A DNA stretch of 64,000 nt from an uncultured Gammaproteobacteria bacterium (GCA_964582365.1 CAZOQV010000001.1:12712-76711), one strand, 5' to 3'; shown: positions 39,241-49,920, counted from the stretch's first letter. The notes: a model not told the origin generated them from the sequence alone. Translations and numbers: made by a program.

Positions 39241-39792
39241 ATGACCAATTTTCCACTTACCGATATTGAAATCAAAGACATTGCTGAAAAATTAAAAAAA
39301 CTCGAACCAGGTTTTTTACCTTTCGATCTTTTTTATCAATTCAATCGATTAAAAGTTACGATCACTATCGAAGTTGTTCCGCTTTGTTTTGATCCAGAAG
39401 GCAATGTATGTGTCGTTTTATTTGATCGTGGCCCCAACGATGCTTGGTGGCCTAATTTATATCACACCCCGGGAACTTGTTTAATTGACAGCGATATCCC
39501 AAAAGAAGACGAGTGGGGATTACCAACTCGCGCTTTTGAAAGATTAAAAAATGGCGAATTAAAGGGAATTAATTTAATTAACGATCCTATTTTTGTTAAT
39601 AATCTTAGTCATAAAGTTCGTCGCGGTCCCGAATCAGTTCATGTTTATATTCAAGAAGTTGACTATGAATCAGCAAAATCTTATCTTTTCCCAGTCTCAA
39701 ATCTCCCCAAAAATATTTTAGATCATCAAATAAATATGATTCAGAAATGTGCTTCTATTTTTAAAAACAAAAAATCTGCTAATATTAATTAA
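39241..39792 (+). CDS. Hypothetical protein, possibly a degenerate NUDIX-like fold
   Basis: ORF only; a weak G..E......ERL..GEL pattern. Confidence 0.35.
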   Translation: MTNFPLTDIEIKDIAEKLKKLEPGFLPFDLFYQFNRLKVTITIEVVPLCFDPEGNVCVVLFDRGPNDAWWPNLYHTPGTCLIDSDIPKEDEWGLPTRAFERLKNGELKGINLINDPIFVNNLSHKVRRGPESVHVYIQEVDYESAKSYLFPVSNLPKNILDHQINMIQKCASIFKNKKSANIN

Positions 39793-39956
39793 ATAATAAT
39801 TTAATCAATAAAATGCCTGCTAAAAAAACCTCCCCAAAAAAACCTGCTAAAAAAACAGTCGCTAAAAAAATCACAGTTAAAAAAGTAACCTGTTGCAGTC
39901 AAAACCCAAATTTTTTAGTAGTCTTGCTTGCTACTTCTGTCATCGCTATCGTTTTT

Positions 39957-40562
39957 CTATTCTATTATCTCTAATAAATTTTTTATAGTTTTAATACCTT
40001 GGATTTTTTCATCATTTATTCTGTTAATCCAGATTACATTAAAACGATTTAAAGTTTTCAATTTTTCCACGACTTCTTTCTTATCGTCGACGATAATCGC
40101 CCCATCGGGTAATTTTGTTAAAAATTCAGGGTTTAACTTGTCTCTATCTATAAAAACAAATTTTTCTTCAAAAAAATCTTCAACTCCAGATAATTTTATT
40201 TTCATTTTTTGAAGAGCAACAAATCCCTGAGAATAAATACCTAGATTAAATTTATCTTTTAATTTATCTAAAACCGAAATAGCTTCTGGAAATAAAGCTT
40301 GTGAATAAATTCCTAATTTATCGGAATTAAAATCTTCTAATTCAATTTTTTTGCCAAATTTTTCCTCAAAACTTTGTACAAAAGTATCTATCCGAAAATC
40401 ATCTGATTTTTCTAAGTTATTAAAATATTTTTCTTCAACTTCAAAAATTATCTCTTCCGACACTTCACATATTCTGGCCAAATTACTTCTTAATCTTTTT
40501 TTATATTCAACTTTGCTAAATAATGTGTCATCCCAATCAAATAGAATTAAAGGTTTTATCAT
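39957..40562 (-). CDS. HAD-superfamily hydrolase
   Basis: Motif I LFDWDDTLF (DxDxT). Confidence 0.7.
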   Translation of the reverse strand: MIKPLILFDWDDTLFSKVEYKKRLRSNLARICEVSEEIIFEVEEKYFNNLEKSDDFRIDTFVQSFEEKFGKKIELEDFNSDKLGIYSQALFPEAISVLDKLKDKFNLGIYSQGFVALQKMKIKLSGVEDFFEEKFVFIDRDKLNPEFLTKLPDGAIIVDDKKEVVEKLKTLNRFNVIWINRINDEKIQGIKTIKNLLEIIE

Positions 40563-40598
40563 TAGTCATATTCTACCTCATGAGCTAAAATATCCTTA

Positions 40599-43500
40599 GT
40601 GACTAATTTTCAAATCGAATATCAAAAATTAAACCCAGAACAGAAACTAGCTGTCGACACCATTGAAGGTCCAGTTATGGTTATTGCTGGCGCTGGTACT
40701 GGTAAAACCCAAACTATCGCTTTAAGAATTGCCAATATATTGGACAAAACTGATACTAAGCCCAGCTCTATTTTATGTCTAACCTACACCGACGTGGCTG
40801 CCAACAACATGAGAAATCGTTTACTAAACATGATCGGTTCAGATGCTTACAAAATAAAAATTTGTACCTTTCATGCTTTTTGTAATGATATTATTTCCTC
40901 AAACTCTCAATATTTTCCTTTTGCCTCCTCTAATTTAAAAGCCATCGATGATTTAGAAACCATTGAAATTATCAAAAATATCATTGATCATCTTGAAAAT
41001 TCTTCTCCTCTCATTTCTTGGGGTGATCGATATTGCTACCAAAAAAGTATTTTAGATTGTATTCATTTAGTTAAAAGAGAAAGCATCAGTCAAGAAACTT
41101 TATTGAAACTAATCGACGACCAAGAGCTATTTTTTAAAAATTCTAGCGAACTTATTAATCAACTCGCCAATGTTCGGGCCACCAAAAATAATTATCCTCA
41201 AATTAACCAAATTTTAGATAATTTAGAAAATTCCGAGTTTGCTTCACTCAATCTTAAAAGCCATATCAAGATAATCAGAAGCGGCAATGAAAATTTAAGT
41301 CTTGTTAAAAACGAAATTCGCAAGTTTTATCAAGATTTTGAAAAAAATATCCCTAAACAAAAAGAATTCGTTAAAATTTTTGATTTGTACCAAAAAGAAC
41401 TTCAAAAAAAATCTCTTTACGACTATGAAGACATGATTTTATTTGTCATCAATGCTTTCACTGACAACCCCGATCTTTTACTCAATTTTCAGGAGAAATA
41501 CCAATATATTCTCGTCGACGAATATCAAGACACCAATTCTAGTCAAAATAAAATTATCGAGATGTTGGGTAATTATTACGATAACCCCAATATCTTTGTT
41601 GTCGGTGACGATGATCAATCGATTTTTAGATTTCAAGGTGCTTCTATCGAAAATATTTATAACTTTTACCAAAAATATCACCCAGAAAAAGTTGTTTTAA
41701 AAAATAATTATCGTAGTCACAAATTAATTTTGGAATCATCAGATAATGTCATTAGTCATAACAAAAATCGCATTGCTAACTTAATTACCGATATTGACAA
41801 AACCTTAATTGCCAATAAAGACTACGATCCTGATCCAATTAATTTAGCCGTTTTAAATTCCAACATTGAAGAAGATTATTATCTCTCTCAAAAAATTTCT
41901 AATTTAATTAAGTCTGGTGAAAAACCAGAAGAAATTGCCATTTTACTTCGCAAAAATCGTGATGCCGATGAATTAAGCAAAATGTTATCTGCTTTTGGTG
42001 TTAAATTTTTTCTTCCCTCCGATTCCAATATTCTTAAAAATCCCCTCATTACTCAACTCCTAAAATTACTCGAATTTATCAATAATCCAAACCACAATGA
42101 ATCCGTTTATCACATTTTAGCGGCTCCATTTTTAAAATTAAATTCTCTTGATTTAGTTAAAATTTTAAAATCAAAAGTTGTTCTTTGTGATCTAATTTTT
42201 GATCAAAGCAAAATTGACAGTCTTGAAATTTCTGATAAATCCAAACATATAATTTCTAAATTTGGTAAAAAAATTGCCAAAACTAAGGTTGATTTAGAAA
42301 ATTATCCCCTCGAAAAAGTTCTCAATAAAATTTTAAAAAGATTTCGAATCTTAAAATATTTATTAGCCAAAAATGACGTTGATTCTCTTAATCAGGTCTA
42401 CACTTTTTACAAACTTCTTAAAGACACTGTTATTAAAAAAGATCTTACTTTAAAAGAATTTATAAATCGAATTCAATTATATGTCGACAATAATCTTTCA
42501 ATTTCTTCTCCCTCGATCACTTATGATTCTTCCGATTCTATTAAAATATTAACTGTTCATGGTGCCAAAGGTTTGGAATTTGACCATGTTTTTATTTATC
42601 GATTGCTTGAAGATTCTTGGGAAAAACAACGTGATTTTAATAAATTAAAATTACCTTTTGGTGTTCTTTCCAGTGAAATTACTAAAAGTATTGAAGACGA
42701 CTATGAAGAAGATCGTCGTCTGTTCTATGTGGCCTTAACTCGTGCCAAAAAACAAATTTATCTATCTTATTCTCAATATAAAGAAAACGGAAAAAATCAA
42801 AATCCCTCTGTTTTTGTTTCTGAAATTGATAGTCATTTAATTGAAAATATAAAATTCAATGATAAGGCCAACGCTCTAAAAACTTATTATCAATTCACCG
42901 ATTTTTCTCATGACTTAAAACCAGATCTTACTACTTATCTAAAAGACTACTTAACTAATCACTATAAGTTTAATGTTAGTCATCTCAATTCTTATCTCCG
43001 CTGTCCACTTTGTTTTTATTACAAAACTATTTTAAGAATTCCACAAAATAAGGAAAAATTCAGTAGTTTTGGTACCGCCATTCATGCAGCTCTATCCAAT
43101 TTTTATCAAAAAAAATCCAAAGAAGAAGTTATTAATAGTTTTGAACAAAGTTTAAAAAACGAAAGATTGCCAAAATCAGACTATCAATGGTGCCTAACTA
43201 ATGGTCAAAAACTATTAACTGAATATTATGATCAATATGTCGATTCTGTTAAAGACGATAATATTTGTGAATACAATTTTGCCAATGAGAACATTGTTTA
43301 CAACAACATTCCCTTAACTGGAAAAATAGATCTTATAAAAAAAGTTGAAAATGGCAAAATTAACGTTGTTGATTTTAAAACCGGTAATTCCGACAGTAAA
43401 TATAAAGAACTTTCACCCGAAGGGGATTATTATCGTCAAATTGTTTTTTATAAATTATTACTCGATATTAAAAACGATTCTCGTTTCCAATTCAACCAAG

Positions 43501-43694
43501 GCATTATCGATTTTGTTGAAAAAAGTAAATTGAAAAAATCTTTTGTTCGAAAAGAAATTAATGTTTCCGACGATGATTTGAATAAATTAAAAACTCAAAT
43601 CGAAGAGGTTTATCAAAAAATCTTAAATCTGGAATTCTTTGAAACCGGCAAAGATTGCAAAGATAAAGACCATTTACATTATTTACTGAAATAA
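40599..43694 (+). CDS. UvrD-family helicase fused to a C-terminal PD-(D/E)xK (Cas4/RecB-like) nuclease domain (AddA-like single-chain helicase-nuclease)
   Basis: LNPEQKLAV and AGAGTGKT in the N-terminal region. The C-terminus carries Cys residues (CPLCFYY), VVDFKTG and YYRQIVFYKLL (the QxxxY nuclease motif). The start is a GTG. Confidence 0.7.
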   Translation: MTNFQIEYQKLNPEQKLAVDTIEGPVMVIAGAGTGKTQTIALRIANILDKTDTKPSSILCLTYTDVAANNMRNRLLNMIGSDAYKIKICTFHAFCNDIISSNSQYFPFASSNLKAIDDLETIEIIKNIIDHLENSSPLISWGDRYCYQKSILDCIHLVKRESISQETLLKLIDDQELFFKNSSELINQLANVRATKNNYPQINQILDNLENSEFASLNLKSHIKIIRSGNENLSLVKNEIRKFYQDFEKNIPKQKEFVKIFDLYQKELQKKSLYDYEDMILFVINAFTDNPDLLLNFQEKYQYILVDEYQDTNSSQNKIIEMLGNYYDNPNIFVVGDDDQSIFRFQGASIENIYNFYQKYHPEKVVLKNNYRSHKLILESSDNVISHNKNRIANLITDIDKTLIANKDYDPDPINLAVLNSNIEEDYYLSQKISNLIKSGEKPEEIAILLRKNRDADELSKMLSAFGVKFFLPSDSNILKNPLITQLLKLLEFINNPNHNESVYHILAAPFLKLNSLDLVKILKSKVVLCDLIFDQSKIDSLEISDKSKHIISKFGKKIAKTKVDLENYPLEKVLNKILKRFRILKYLLAKNDVDSLNQVYTFYKLLKDTVIKKDLTLKEFINRIQLYVDNNLSISSPSITYDSSDSIKILTVHGAKGLEFDHVFIYRLLEDSWEKQRDFNKLKLPFGVLSSEITKSIEDDYEEDRRLFYVALTRAKKQIYLSYSQYKENGKNQNPSVFVSEIDSHLIENIKFNDKANALKTYYQFTDFSHDLKPDLTTYLKDYLTNHYKFNVSHLNSYLRCPLCFYYKTILRIPQNKEKFSSFGTAIHAALSNFYQKKSKEEVINSFEQSLKNERLPKSDYQWCLTNGQKLLTEYYDQYVDSVKDDNICEYNFANENIVYNNIPLTGKIDLIKKVENGKINVVDFKTGNSDSKYKELSPEGDYYRQIVFYKLLLDIKNDSRFQFNQGIIDFVEKSKLKKSFVRKEINVSDDDLNKLKTQIEEVYQKILNLEFFETGKDCKDKDHLHYLLK

Positions 43695-43697
43695 ATC

Positions 43698-45593
43698 TCA
43701 GCCTGCTCCTCCACCACCTCCGCCGCCGCCGCCGCCACCACCGCCAGATGAACCACCTGATGATCCAGCACCAGAAGCACCATAACTTGAACTAGCTGTT
43801 GTTGAAATGTTATTTATAGCCGACGTTAAAGAATTCAGACTGCTTGAAAAATCGCCAAAATTACCCATGTTTCCACACCAATACGTTGTCATTATAATTT
43901 GGTCATTACTATCACTAAAATTAACCGGTAACTGACTTATTGCTTTTGTAGAAATTCCCAAAACTGTTCCATAAACTAAATATTTTTCCCATAAAATTAT
44001 CGAGTCGATTGGGTAATTTTTAGTCACTTCGTATTCTTTTAAATGTTTTTTAAAAGCTATCCATTTGGCTGTTTCTTCAGCTCCCAATTCTGTCCTTTTT
44101 TCTTTAAACCTTATCATAACTAATATCACCACCAAAAAAACAAAAAAAATAAAACTATTTAAAAATCCAACTATTGATACCGATCCTAACCAAAATTCTA
44201 TTATCATTAACAAAACCATTAAAATAATAGTTTTACTATAACTAATAGAGTGAGAATTTTTTTCAAAATAACCTTCTTCTAAATTTTCTTCTAAAACTAA
44301 ATCTGGGAATTTTTTGAAAAAAGATTGGCTTTCAAATTGGTGATTTCTACACCATATCGAAATGTTTTTTAATTTAATTCCTTCAATGTTTTCTCCACCC
44401 AAAACTACATTGCTAAGACTAATTTTTTGTAAAAATTTATGAACATAAGTTTCAATTTTTGATGCTTCATTAAAATCTTTTTTTAGAGGTACTAAATAAT
44501 AATTGTAATCTTTTATTAGGAAACCTTCTTTTTGGTCACTTCTCATTATTTTATAAAAACGATGTTGAACCAAAGATAAGATTGTCGAAGTGAAAGAATT
44601 TGGTGTTAAATATTTTGTTGAACTAATTAATTGTTCAATTTGAGCCGGGTCAATATCACTTGGAGCCTCCCACAATCTGCCCGATAAGTTTATTTCCGGT
44701 AGTTTTAACTCCTTTCCATACTTTTTAAAATTTTTAACTTTACCTATAAACAGGATTAATCCAATTATCAATAACCCAAACGAAATAATTGAAAAAACAA
44801 TTTCTTTTATTTTATTTTCTTGTTTTTGTTTTTCAGTCTGATCAATAAAACTTTGTTCTTCTAATTCAATTTCTGATTTACTTAAATTTCCAATAATCCC
44901 ACCAGTAAAGATATTTTTGGGTAATAAAATTCTTCCTTCAAAAAAAGTTCCAGAATATAATCTACCAACTGTAAAAGTTACTTTACTGGAATCAGGAATT
45001 GAAACAGTCCCATTCAATGGCCCGTGTAACCAAGCTTTAATTTCATCCCCTGGAATATTTTCTGGTAAATTAATTTGAGCCGAAACATTATTTTGACTAA
45101 TTTCCCAATCATCTCCAATTAATTTCCAATACAATTCAGCTGTGTCGGTGTTTAAAGTAATGGCGTTAGAAATCTCATATTTAATTTTAAAAGTCTTTTT
45201 TCCACCATCAGTTCGGTAAAACCATCTAATATAATATTTATCTGTTTGTTCCTCAACATAAAAACTAGAAACTGGTTTAACTGTGTTGTGTTGTTTTTTA
45301 TTTTTAGAATCCAATTCGGTATAGCATTCTTTTTCGTCACAAACTTCAAAATTTTTCAAAATATAAGATTCATTTCTATTACCAGTTTTATTTATATATT
45401 CATAAGCATAGGTATAACTTCCATTAAAAGAAAAAACTCTTGTTTCTTCCACTCTCATTGAACCATCTGTTTTTAATTGACCTAAAATATTTACCTTATC
45501 AATCGAATAAGATTTATCCGCCGCATTAATTGGTTTTGCTAAAAATAATAATAAGAATAATCCTAAAATTTTGAAATGCTTCATTAATCTCAT
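43698..45593 (-). CDS. DUF2207-type membrane protein with a signal peptide, an extracellular domain, TM helices and a C-terminal poly-Gly/Ser tail
   Basis: The N-terminal signal, three TM helices mid-protein, and the tail SGGSSGGGGGGGGGGGGGAG encoded by a (CCG)n-rich island. Confidence 0.55.
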   Translation of the reverse strand: MRLMKHFKILGLFLLLFLAKPINAADKSYSIDKVNILGQLKTDGSMRVEETRVFSFNGSYTYAYEYINKTGNRNESYILKNFEVCDEKECYTELDSKNKKQHNTVKPVSSFYVEEQTDKYYIRWFYRTDGGKKTFKIKYEISNAITLNTDTAELYWKLIGDDWEISQNNVSAQINLPENIPGDEIKAWLHGPLNGTVSIPDSSKVTFTVGRLYSGTFFEGRILLPKNIFTGGIIGNLSKSEIELEEQSFIDQTEKQKQENKIKEIVFSIISFGLLIIGLILFIGKVKNFKKYGKELKLPEINLSGRLWEAPSDIDPAQIEQLISSTKYLTPNSFTSTILSLVQHRFYKIMRSDQKEGFLIKDYNYYLVPLKKDFNEASKIETYVHKFLQKISLSNVVLGGENIEGIKLKNISIWCRNHQFESQSFFKKFPDLVLEENLEEGYFEKNSHSISYSKTIILMVLLMIIEFWLGSVSIVGFLNSFIFFVFLVVILVMIRFKEKRTELGAEETAKWIAFKKHLKEYEVTKNYPIDSIILWEKYLVYGTVLGISTKAISQLPVNFSDSNDQIIMTTYWCGNMGNFGDFSSSLNSLTSAINNISTTASSSYGASGAGSSGGSSGGGGGGGGGGGGGAG

Positions 45594-45619
45594 TAACTTA
45601 TTATAGATTATAATTGTCT

Positions 45620-46051
45620 ATGAAAATTAAAATAAAACGTTTTGATAAAACCTTACCTCTACCAGTTCATAAAACCAGCGGGGCAGTAGCAGTTGATTTA
45701 TATTCTCGATTAGATTTTAATATTGAACCAAAACAAATTGCCTATATTCCCATGAATGTCGCTATAAAAATCCCCGATGGTTATTTTATTATCCAAACTC
45801 CTCGTAGCTCTACCCACAAATTAGGCTTAATGGCTATTAATAGTGTTGGTGTTTTTGATCGCGATTATTGTGGTGACAACGATGAATATCATTTTGCTGC
45901 TTATAATTTCACCGACAAACCGGTATTTATTGAAAAAGGAACTCGTCTTTGTCAATTAGTTTTAATAAAATGTGAAAATTTTGAATTCGATGAAGTCGAC
46001 TCAATGGATGCCGTCGATCGTGGCGGCTTCGGCACAACAGGGGTACACTAA
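45620..46051 (+). CDS. dut: dUTP diphosphatase
   Basis: dUTPase motifs (AVAVDLYS, GVFDRDYCGD). The ATG is at 45620. Confidence 0.8.
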   Translation: MKIKIKRFDKTLPLPVHKTSGAVAVDLYSRLDFNIEPKQIAYIPMNVAIKIPDGYFIIQTPRSSTHKLGLMAINSVGVFDRDYCGDNDEYHFAAYNFTDKPVFIEKGTRLCQLVLIKCENFEFDEVDSMDAVDRGGFGTTGVH

Positions 46052-46069
46052 TTTAGTGTAATATTAATT

Positions 46070-48082
46070 ATGGAAAATCAACCAAACATTCAAAATAATA
46101 ATTCTAGTCTTGAAAATATTAATTCTCAAACGCCGCAAGCTGAACCAGAAATCAAACCAAAATCAAATAAAATCATTCCAATTTTAATAGGTGTATTTTT
46201 TGTCTGTGCTATTTCTGTGGTTGCTTATTTTTTGGGTAGCAAAAATTTTTTTAAGAAAAATATTATCGTCGATAATCATCCCAAAGAAACTCCCAATTCC
46301 ACCCCAACTCCAGAAGAAGTGCCTCTTTTTTCCGGTCAAATTCAAAGATTAACCCAAAACTTAAAATTATTTAAAAGTGTTGTATATGGATATGAAACTG
46401 TTGATAGTGATGTCTACTACAGTGCTGGTATTTTTAATAAAGGTGAATTAAAAGGTTACACTCGTATTATTGCCATTAAAAAAGAAGAAGGTCCAGGAGA
46501 TCCATATGTTTATATTTTAGCCACAAAAGATTTTGAAACTTTTATTTTAGATGACCCAAACAATAATATCTCCAAACCAGAAGATAATTATCAAAATCCA
46601 TATTCAGTTTTAGATAAAACCAAAATAATATCTACTAAAAATTTTGATACTAATCAAACCAATGAAATTAGTTTGGATCAAAAATTTTCCTTATATTTTA
46701 AAACCTTTTTTACCAAACCTTCTGAAACTAATAAAGTTGATAAATATGGCAACAAAATTTATGAATACACTTTAATCACTGATTTTTCTTCTTACCAAAA
46801 ATTAACCTCTCCGGTTAATAATTTAACTTTTTATTTTAAGCCTTATACAAATAATCAATATTTTGATCAACTTAATCAAAGTCAAAAAGACAAGGAATTA
46901 ATTAAAGAAAAATATTTTTCTGGAGAGACAAGTATAATTGTTGTTGATTCCACTGGCTTACCATTAAATTATTTATTAACCACGGCTGAAAATATAAAAA
47001 TTTATCAACAAAAAAATGCCGTCAACGACATTTCCTTAAAAGGTTCTGTTCTTCCAAGTTTTACTTTTACCAGTTCGGCTATTGAAAACAAAAATAATCT
47101 TCAATTTTATAAAACCTATGCTACTGCCATTCCAAGCGGCTGTTTTTTGTCTCTTAGTACCAAGGTAATCAATATTAATGATAACGATCTTGAACAAATT
47201 GGAACAGTTTCAAATACCCAAATTTATCGATTAAAAGATAGAAATAACCCCCTCTACAAGTTGGCTTTTGATAATAAAATGGAATACTATAATTTAGTAA
47301 CAATGCCATCAGAATGGGACAATATTAATAAAGGTGTAAAAAAACCAACTTTTGAAGAATATATTGATAATAACCCTTTATTATTCATTAAAGACTATTG
47401 GCAACGCTGGGTCGCTTTAGGTGAATACGACATTCAACTTCCTGGTGGTTGTGGCAAACCTGTTATTTATTTATACCCACAAAAAACCACCGAAATTTCG
47501 GTTAAATTTAATGTTCCAGTTCAATTCACTACCGACATTCCAGAATACAAAAATTCATGGAATGTTTTAGCTAGTCCAAATGGTTCACTCAAAGACCTAA
47601 ATCAAAAAGACGACGACTGTAATAAAATTGATTCCAATAAATTTGGTTCAGAATATGCCGCTGAGGCTTGTAAAACTAATAATTATCCTTATCTTTATTG
47701 GGCTGGAAATATAATTTCTCAAAAATATCCAGAAATAAATAAAGGATGGATTATTGATAAAAAAGATATCAATAATTTTCTGGAAGAAAAACTTACTCAA
47801 GTTGGTTTGAATTCTCAAGAGAAAAAAGATTTTATTAGATACTGGTTACCAGAAATGTTGGCTAAAAATACTCCATATTATCGAGTTAGTTTTTTACAAA
47901 CAAGTGAACTAAATCAATTATTTCCAATGACTGTCGAGCCAAGACCAGATAGTATCTTTAGAATCTTTTTAGATTATTTACCCTTAGCTCAGAAACCATC
48001 TCAAAAAATAGAACCTCAATCATTAAACAAAATAATCCGTGAAGGTTTCACCCTGGTTGAATGGGGTGGCTTAAAAAGATAA
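46070..48082 (+). CDS. Large N-terminally anchored extracytoplasmic protein of unknown function
   Basis: A single TM helix (residues 35-55) followed by a ~600-aa ectodomain. Confidence 0.45.
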   Translation: MENQPNIQNNNSSLENINSQTPQAEPEIKPKSNKIIPILIGVFFVCAISVVAYFLGSKNFFKKNIIVDNHPKETPNSTPTPEEVPLFSGQIQRLTQNLKLFKSVVYGYETVDSDVYYSAGIFNKGELKGYTRIIAIKKEEGPGDPYVYILATKDFETFILDDPNNNISKPEDNYQNPYSVLDKTKIISTKNFDTNQTNEISLDQKFSLYFKTFFTKPSETNKVDKYGNKIYEYTLITDFSSYQKLTSPVNNLTFYFKPYTNNQYFDQLNQSQKDKELIKEKYFSGETSIIVVDSTGLPLNYLLTTAENIKIYQQKNAVNDISLKGSVLPSFTFTSSAIENKNNLQFYKTYATAIPSGCFLSLSTKVININDNDLEQIGTVSNTQIYRLKDRNNPLYKLAFDNKMEYYNLVTMPSEWDNINKGVKKPTFEEYIDNNPLLFIKDYWQRWVALGEYDIQLPGGCGKPVIYLYPQKTTEISVKFNVPVQFTTDIPEYKNSWNVLASPNGSLKDLNQKDDDCNKIDSNKFGSEYAAEACKTNNYPYLYWAGNIISQKYPEINKGWIIDKKDINNFLEEKLTQVGLNSQEKKDFIRYWLPEMLAKNTPYYRVSFLQTSELNQLFPMTVEPRPDSIFRIFLDYLPLAQKPSQKIEPQSLNKIIREGFTLVEWGGLKR

Positions 48083-48117
48083 CTAAACCTTGAATTCAGT
48101 TAGTGTAAAATAAACTT

Positions 48118-49314
48118 ATGACCTTTATTTACATTCTCTTAATTCTAATTTTAATCGCTTTGATTTTTTTAATTCTTAAATCAAAAAAAACCGATAATAC
48201 GGCAGAATTAATTAAAGAACTTGATAAAATTCAAATAAAATTGGAAAATTCAATCAAACAGGATTTTTCTTTAAATCGCCAAGAATTAAATACCTCTTTT
48301 AATAATTTTTCCATTAAATTAGACCAACTTATAACTGGAATAAGTACTAATTTAAATCAAGTCCGAGAATCTATTGAAAAACGACTCGAGTTAATTCAAA
48401 AAGATAATTCAGATCAACTTGAAAAAATGCGGGTTACTGTCGATGAAAAATTACAAAGCACCTTAGAAAAAAGACTCGGGGAATCCTTTAAACAAGTCAG
48501 TACTCAATTAGAATCAGTTTATAAAGGTTTAGGCGAAATGCAGACTTTGGCCATTGGTGTTGGTGATTTAAAAAAGGTTTTGTCTAATGTAAAAATTCGT
48601 GGAACTTGGGGAGAAGTTCAATTAAACAGTTTATTAGAACAAATTTTAACCAATGATCAATATGATAAAAATGTCGCTGTCAAAAGCGGTAGTTCCGACC
48701 GAGTTGAATTTGCCATTCGTCTTCCGGGCAAAGATGACGAAAATAAACAATGTTGGTTACCAATTGATTCCAAATTTCCTTTGGAAGATTATCAAAATTT
48801 AATTAAAGCCCAAGACGCTGTTGATTTGATTCAAATTGAAATTTCTTCAAAAGCTTTGGAAAACAGAGTTAAAACCGAAGCTAAATATATTTTTGACAAA
48901 TATATTGATCCACCTCATACCACCGATTTTGCCATTCTTTATCTCCCTATCGAAGGTTTATACGCTGAAATTACCCAAAAACAGTCATTAGTTGACACTC
49001 TCCAAAGACAATATCGGGTTACTATCGCTGGTCCAAATACTATTGCTGCTTTGCTCAACAGTTTACAAATGGGTTTCCGCACTTTGGTCATTGAAAAAAG
49101 ATCCTCGGAGGTTTGGTCAGTTCTCGGAACTATTAAAAAAGAATTTGGTCTTTTTGGCGATCTTCTGGTTAAAACTAAAAAGAAACTTCAAGAAGCCACT
49201 AACACTATCGATGATGCCAGTTCAAAATCGAAAACTATTACCGGCAAACTAAATAAAGTTCAAAGTCTTACTGAAACTACAGACGAAAAAATAATTAGTT
49301 CTCTCCATGAATAA
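48118..49314 (+). CDS. rmuC: DNA recombination protein RmuC
   Basis: An N-terminal TM helix, a coiled coil, and the RmuC nuclease-like core WLPIDSKFPLEDY...ILYLPIEGLY. Confidence 0.8.
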   Translation: MTFIYILLILILIALIFLILKSKKTDNTAELIKELDKIQIKLENSIKQDFSLNRQELNTSFNNFSIKLDQLITGISTNLNQVRESIEKRLELIQKDNSDQLEKMRVTVDEKLQSTLEKRLGESFKQVSTQLESVYKGLGEMQTLAIGVGDLKKVLSNVKIRGTWGEVQLNSLLEQILTNDQYDKNVAVKSGSSDRVEFAIRLPGKDDENKQCWLPIDSKFPLEDYQNLIKAQDAVDLIQIEISSKALENRVKTEAKYIFDKYIDPPHTTDFAILYLPIEGLYAEITQKQSLVDTLQRQYRVTIAGPNTIAALLNSLQMGFRTLVIEKRSSEVWSVLGTIKKEFGLFGDLLVKTKKKLQEATNTIDDASSKSKTITGKLNKVQSLTETTDEKIISSLHE

Positions 49315-49615
49315 GAAGTTTTTTTACTATTCTCTTACTTTTGCTTCTATTTTTTTAATTTTTATTAACTTGGTTTCACCTGAACTTCTTTGGCCAAAAA
49401 TAATTTTCTTTTTTATTATCTTTTGTTTTTTCTTTTCCACTATTTGTATTTTCTCTAAAAAATATTTAGCCAATCTAATCAAAGCCTTTTATTTACTTTC
49501 CCTCGTTTTACTCTTGTTTTTCAACCAACTTGATTTACTAAATTTTATAACCACCACCTTTTTACTGATCATAATTTTATTTCTAACTAATTCTAGTAAA
49601 AAAGATAAAAATTAA
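49307..49615 (+). CDS. Small polytopic membrane protein (102 aa)
   Basis: Three hydrophobic helices; overlaps the rmuC stop. Confidence 0.35.
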   Translation: MNKKFFYYSLTFASIFLIFINLVSPELLWPKIIFFFIIFCFFFSTICIFSKKYLANLIKAFYLLSLVLLLFFNQLDLLNFITTTFLLIIILFLTNSSKKDKN

Positions 49616-49752
49616 TGTATAATAGGCCGATAATAATTTTTCACTAAGCGAAAAAAATATTAGCACTTTAATCATTTTGTTTTTTTAAAAATATTCCCTT
49701 TTTTGGGATTTATATATAAAATAAACAATCAAAGTTGAAAGGGGTAAATATC

Positions 49753-49920
49753 ATGAGAAGATTCTGTACTGTTCTTGCTATTCTTTTTGTCCTTTCCTCA
49801 AATTTATATCCGAACTATCCAGCAATTATTCCCAGTAAAACAGTCATCTCGCCTCCTTCTGAAGCTTCTCTAAAAGCTGCGCGAGATGAAAACAAGAAGC
49901 ACATCTTTTCAATTTTATAA
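49753..49920 (+). CDS. Small (55 aa) signal-peptide-bearing peptide
   Basis: An RBS AAAGGGG 8 nt upstream of the ATG, MRRFCTVLAILFVLSS leader, and a strong terminator immediately downstream. Confidence 0.35.
   Translation: MRRFCTVLAILFVLSSNLYPNYPAIIPSKTVISPPSEASLKAARDENKKHIFSIL

Noticed and set aside
40599-43694. Calling the helicase-nuclease AddA of a two-subunit AddAB
   Set aside because: No AddB/RexB-like partner is adjacent, so it is kept as a generic UvrD-nuclease fusion
49640-49670. Canonical CIRCE half-site TTAGCACTT upstream of the small peptide gene
   Set aside because: Only one half is present, with no matching GAGTGCTAA partner at N9 spacing. The better inverted repeat is the TTAGCA-N15-TGCTAA at the hrcA promoter
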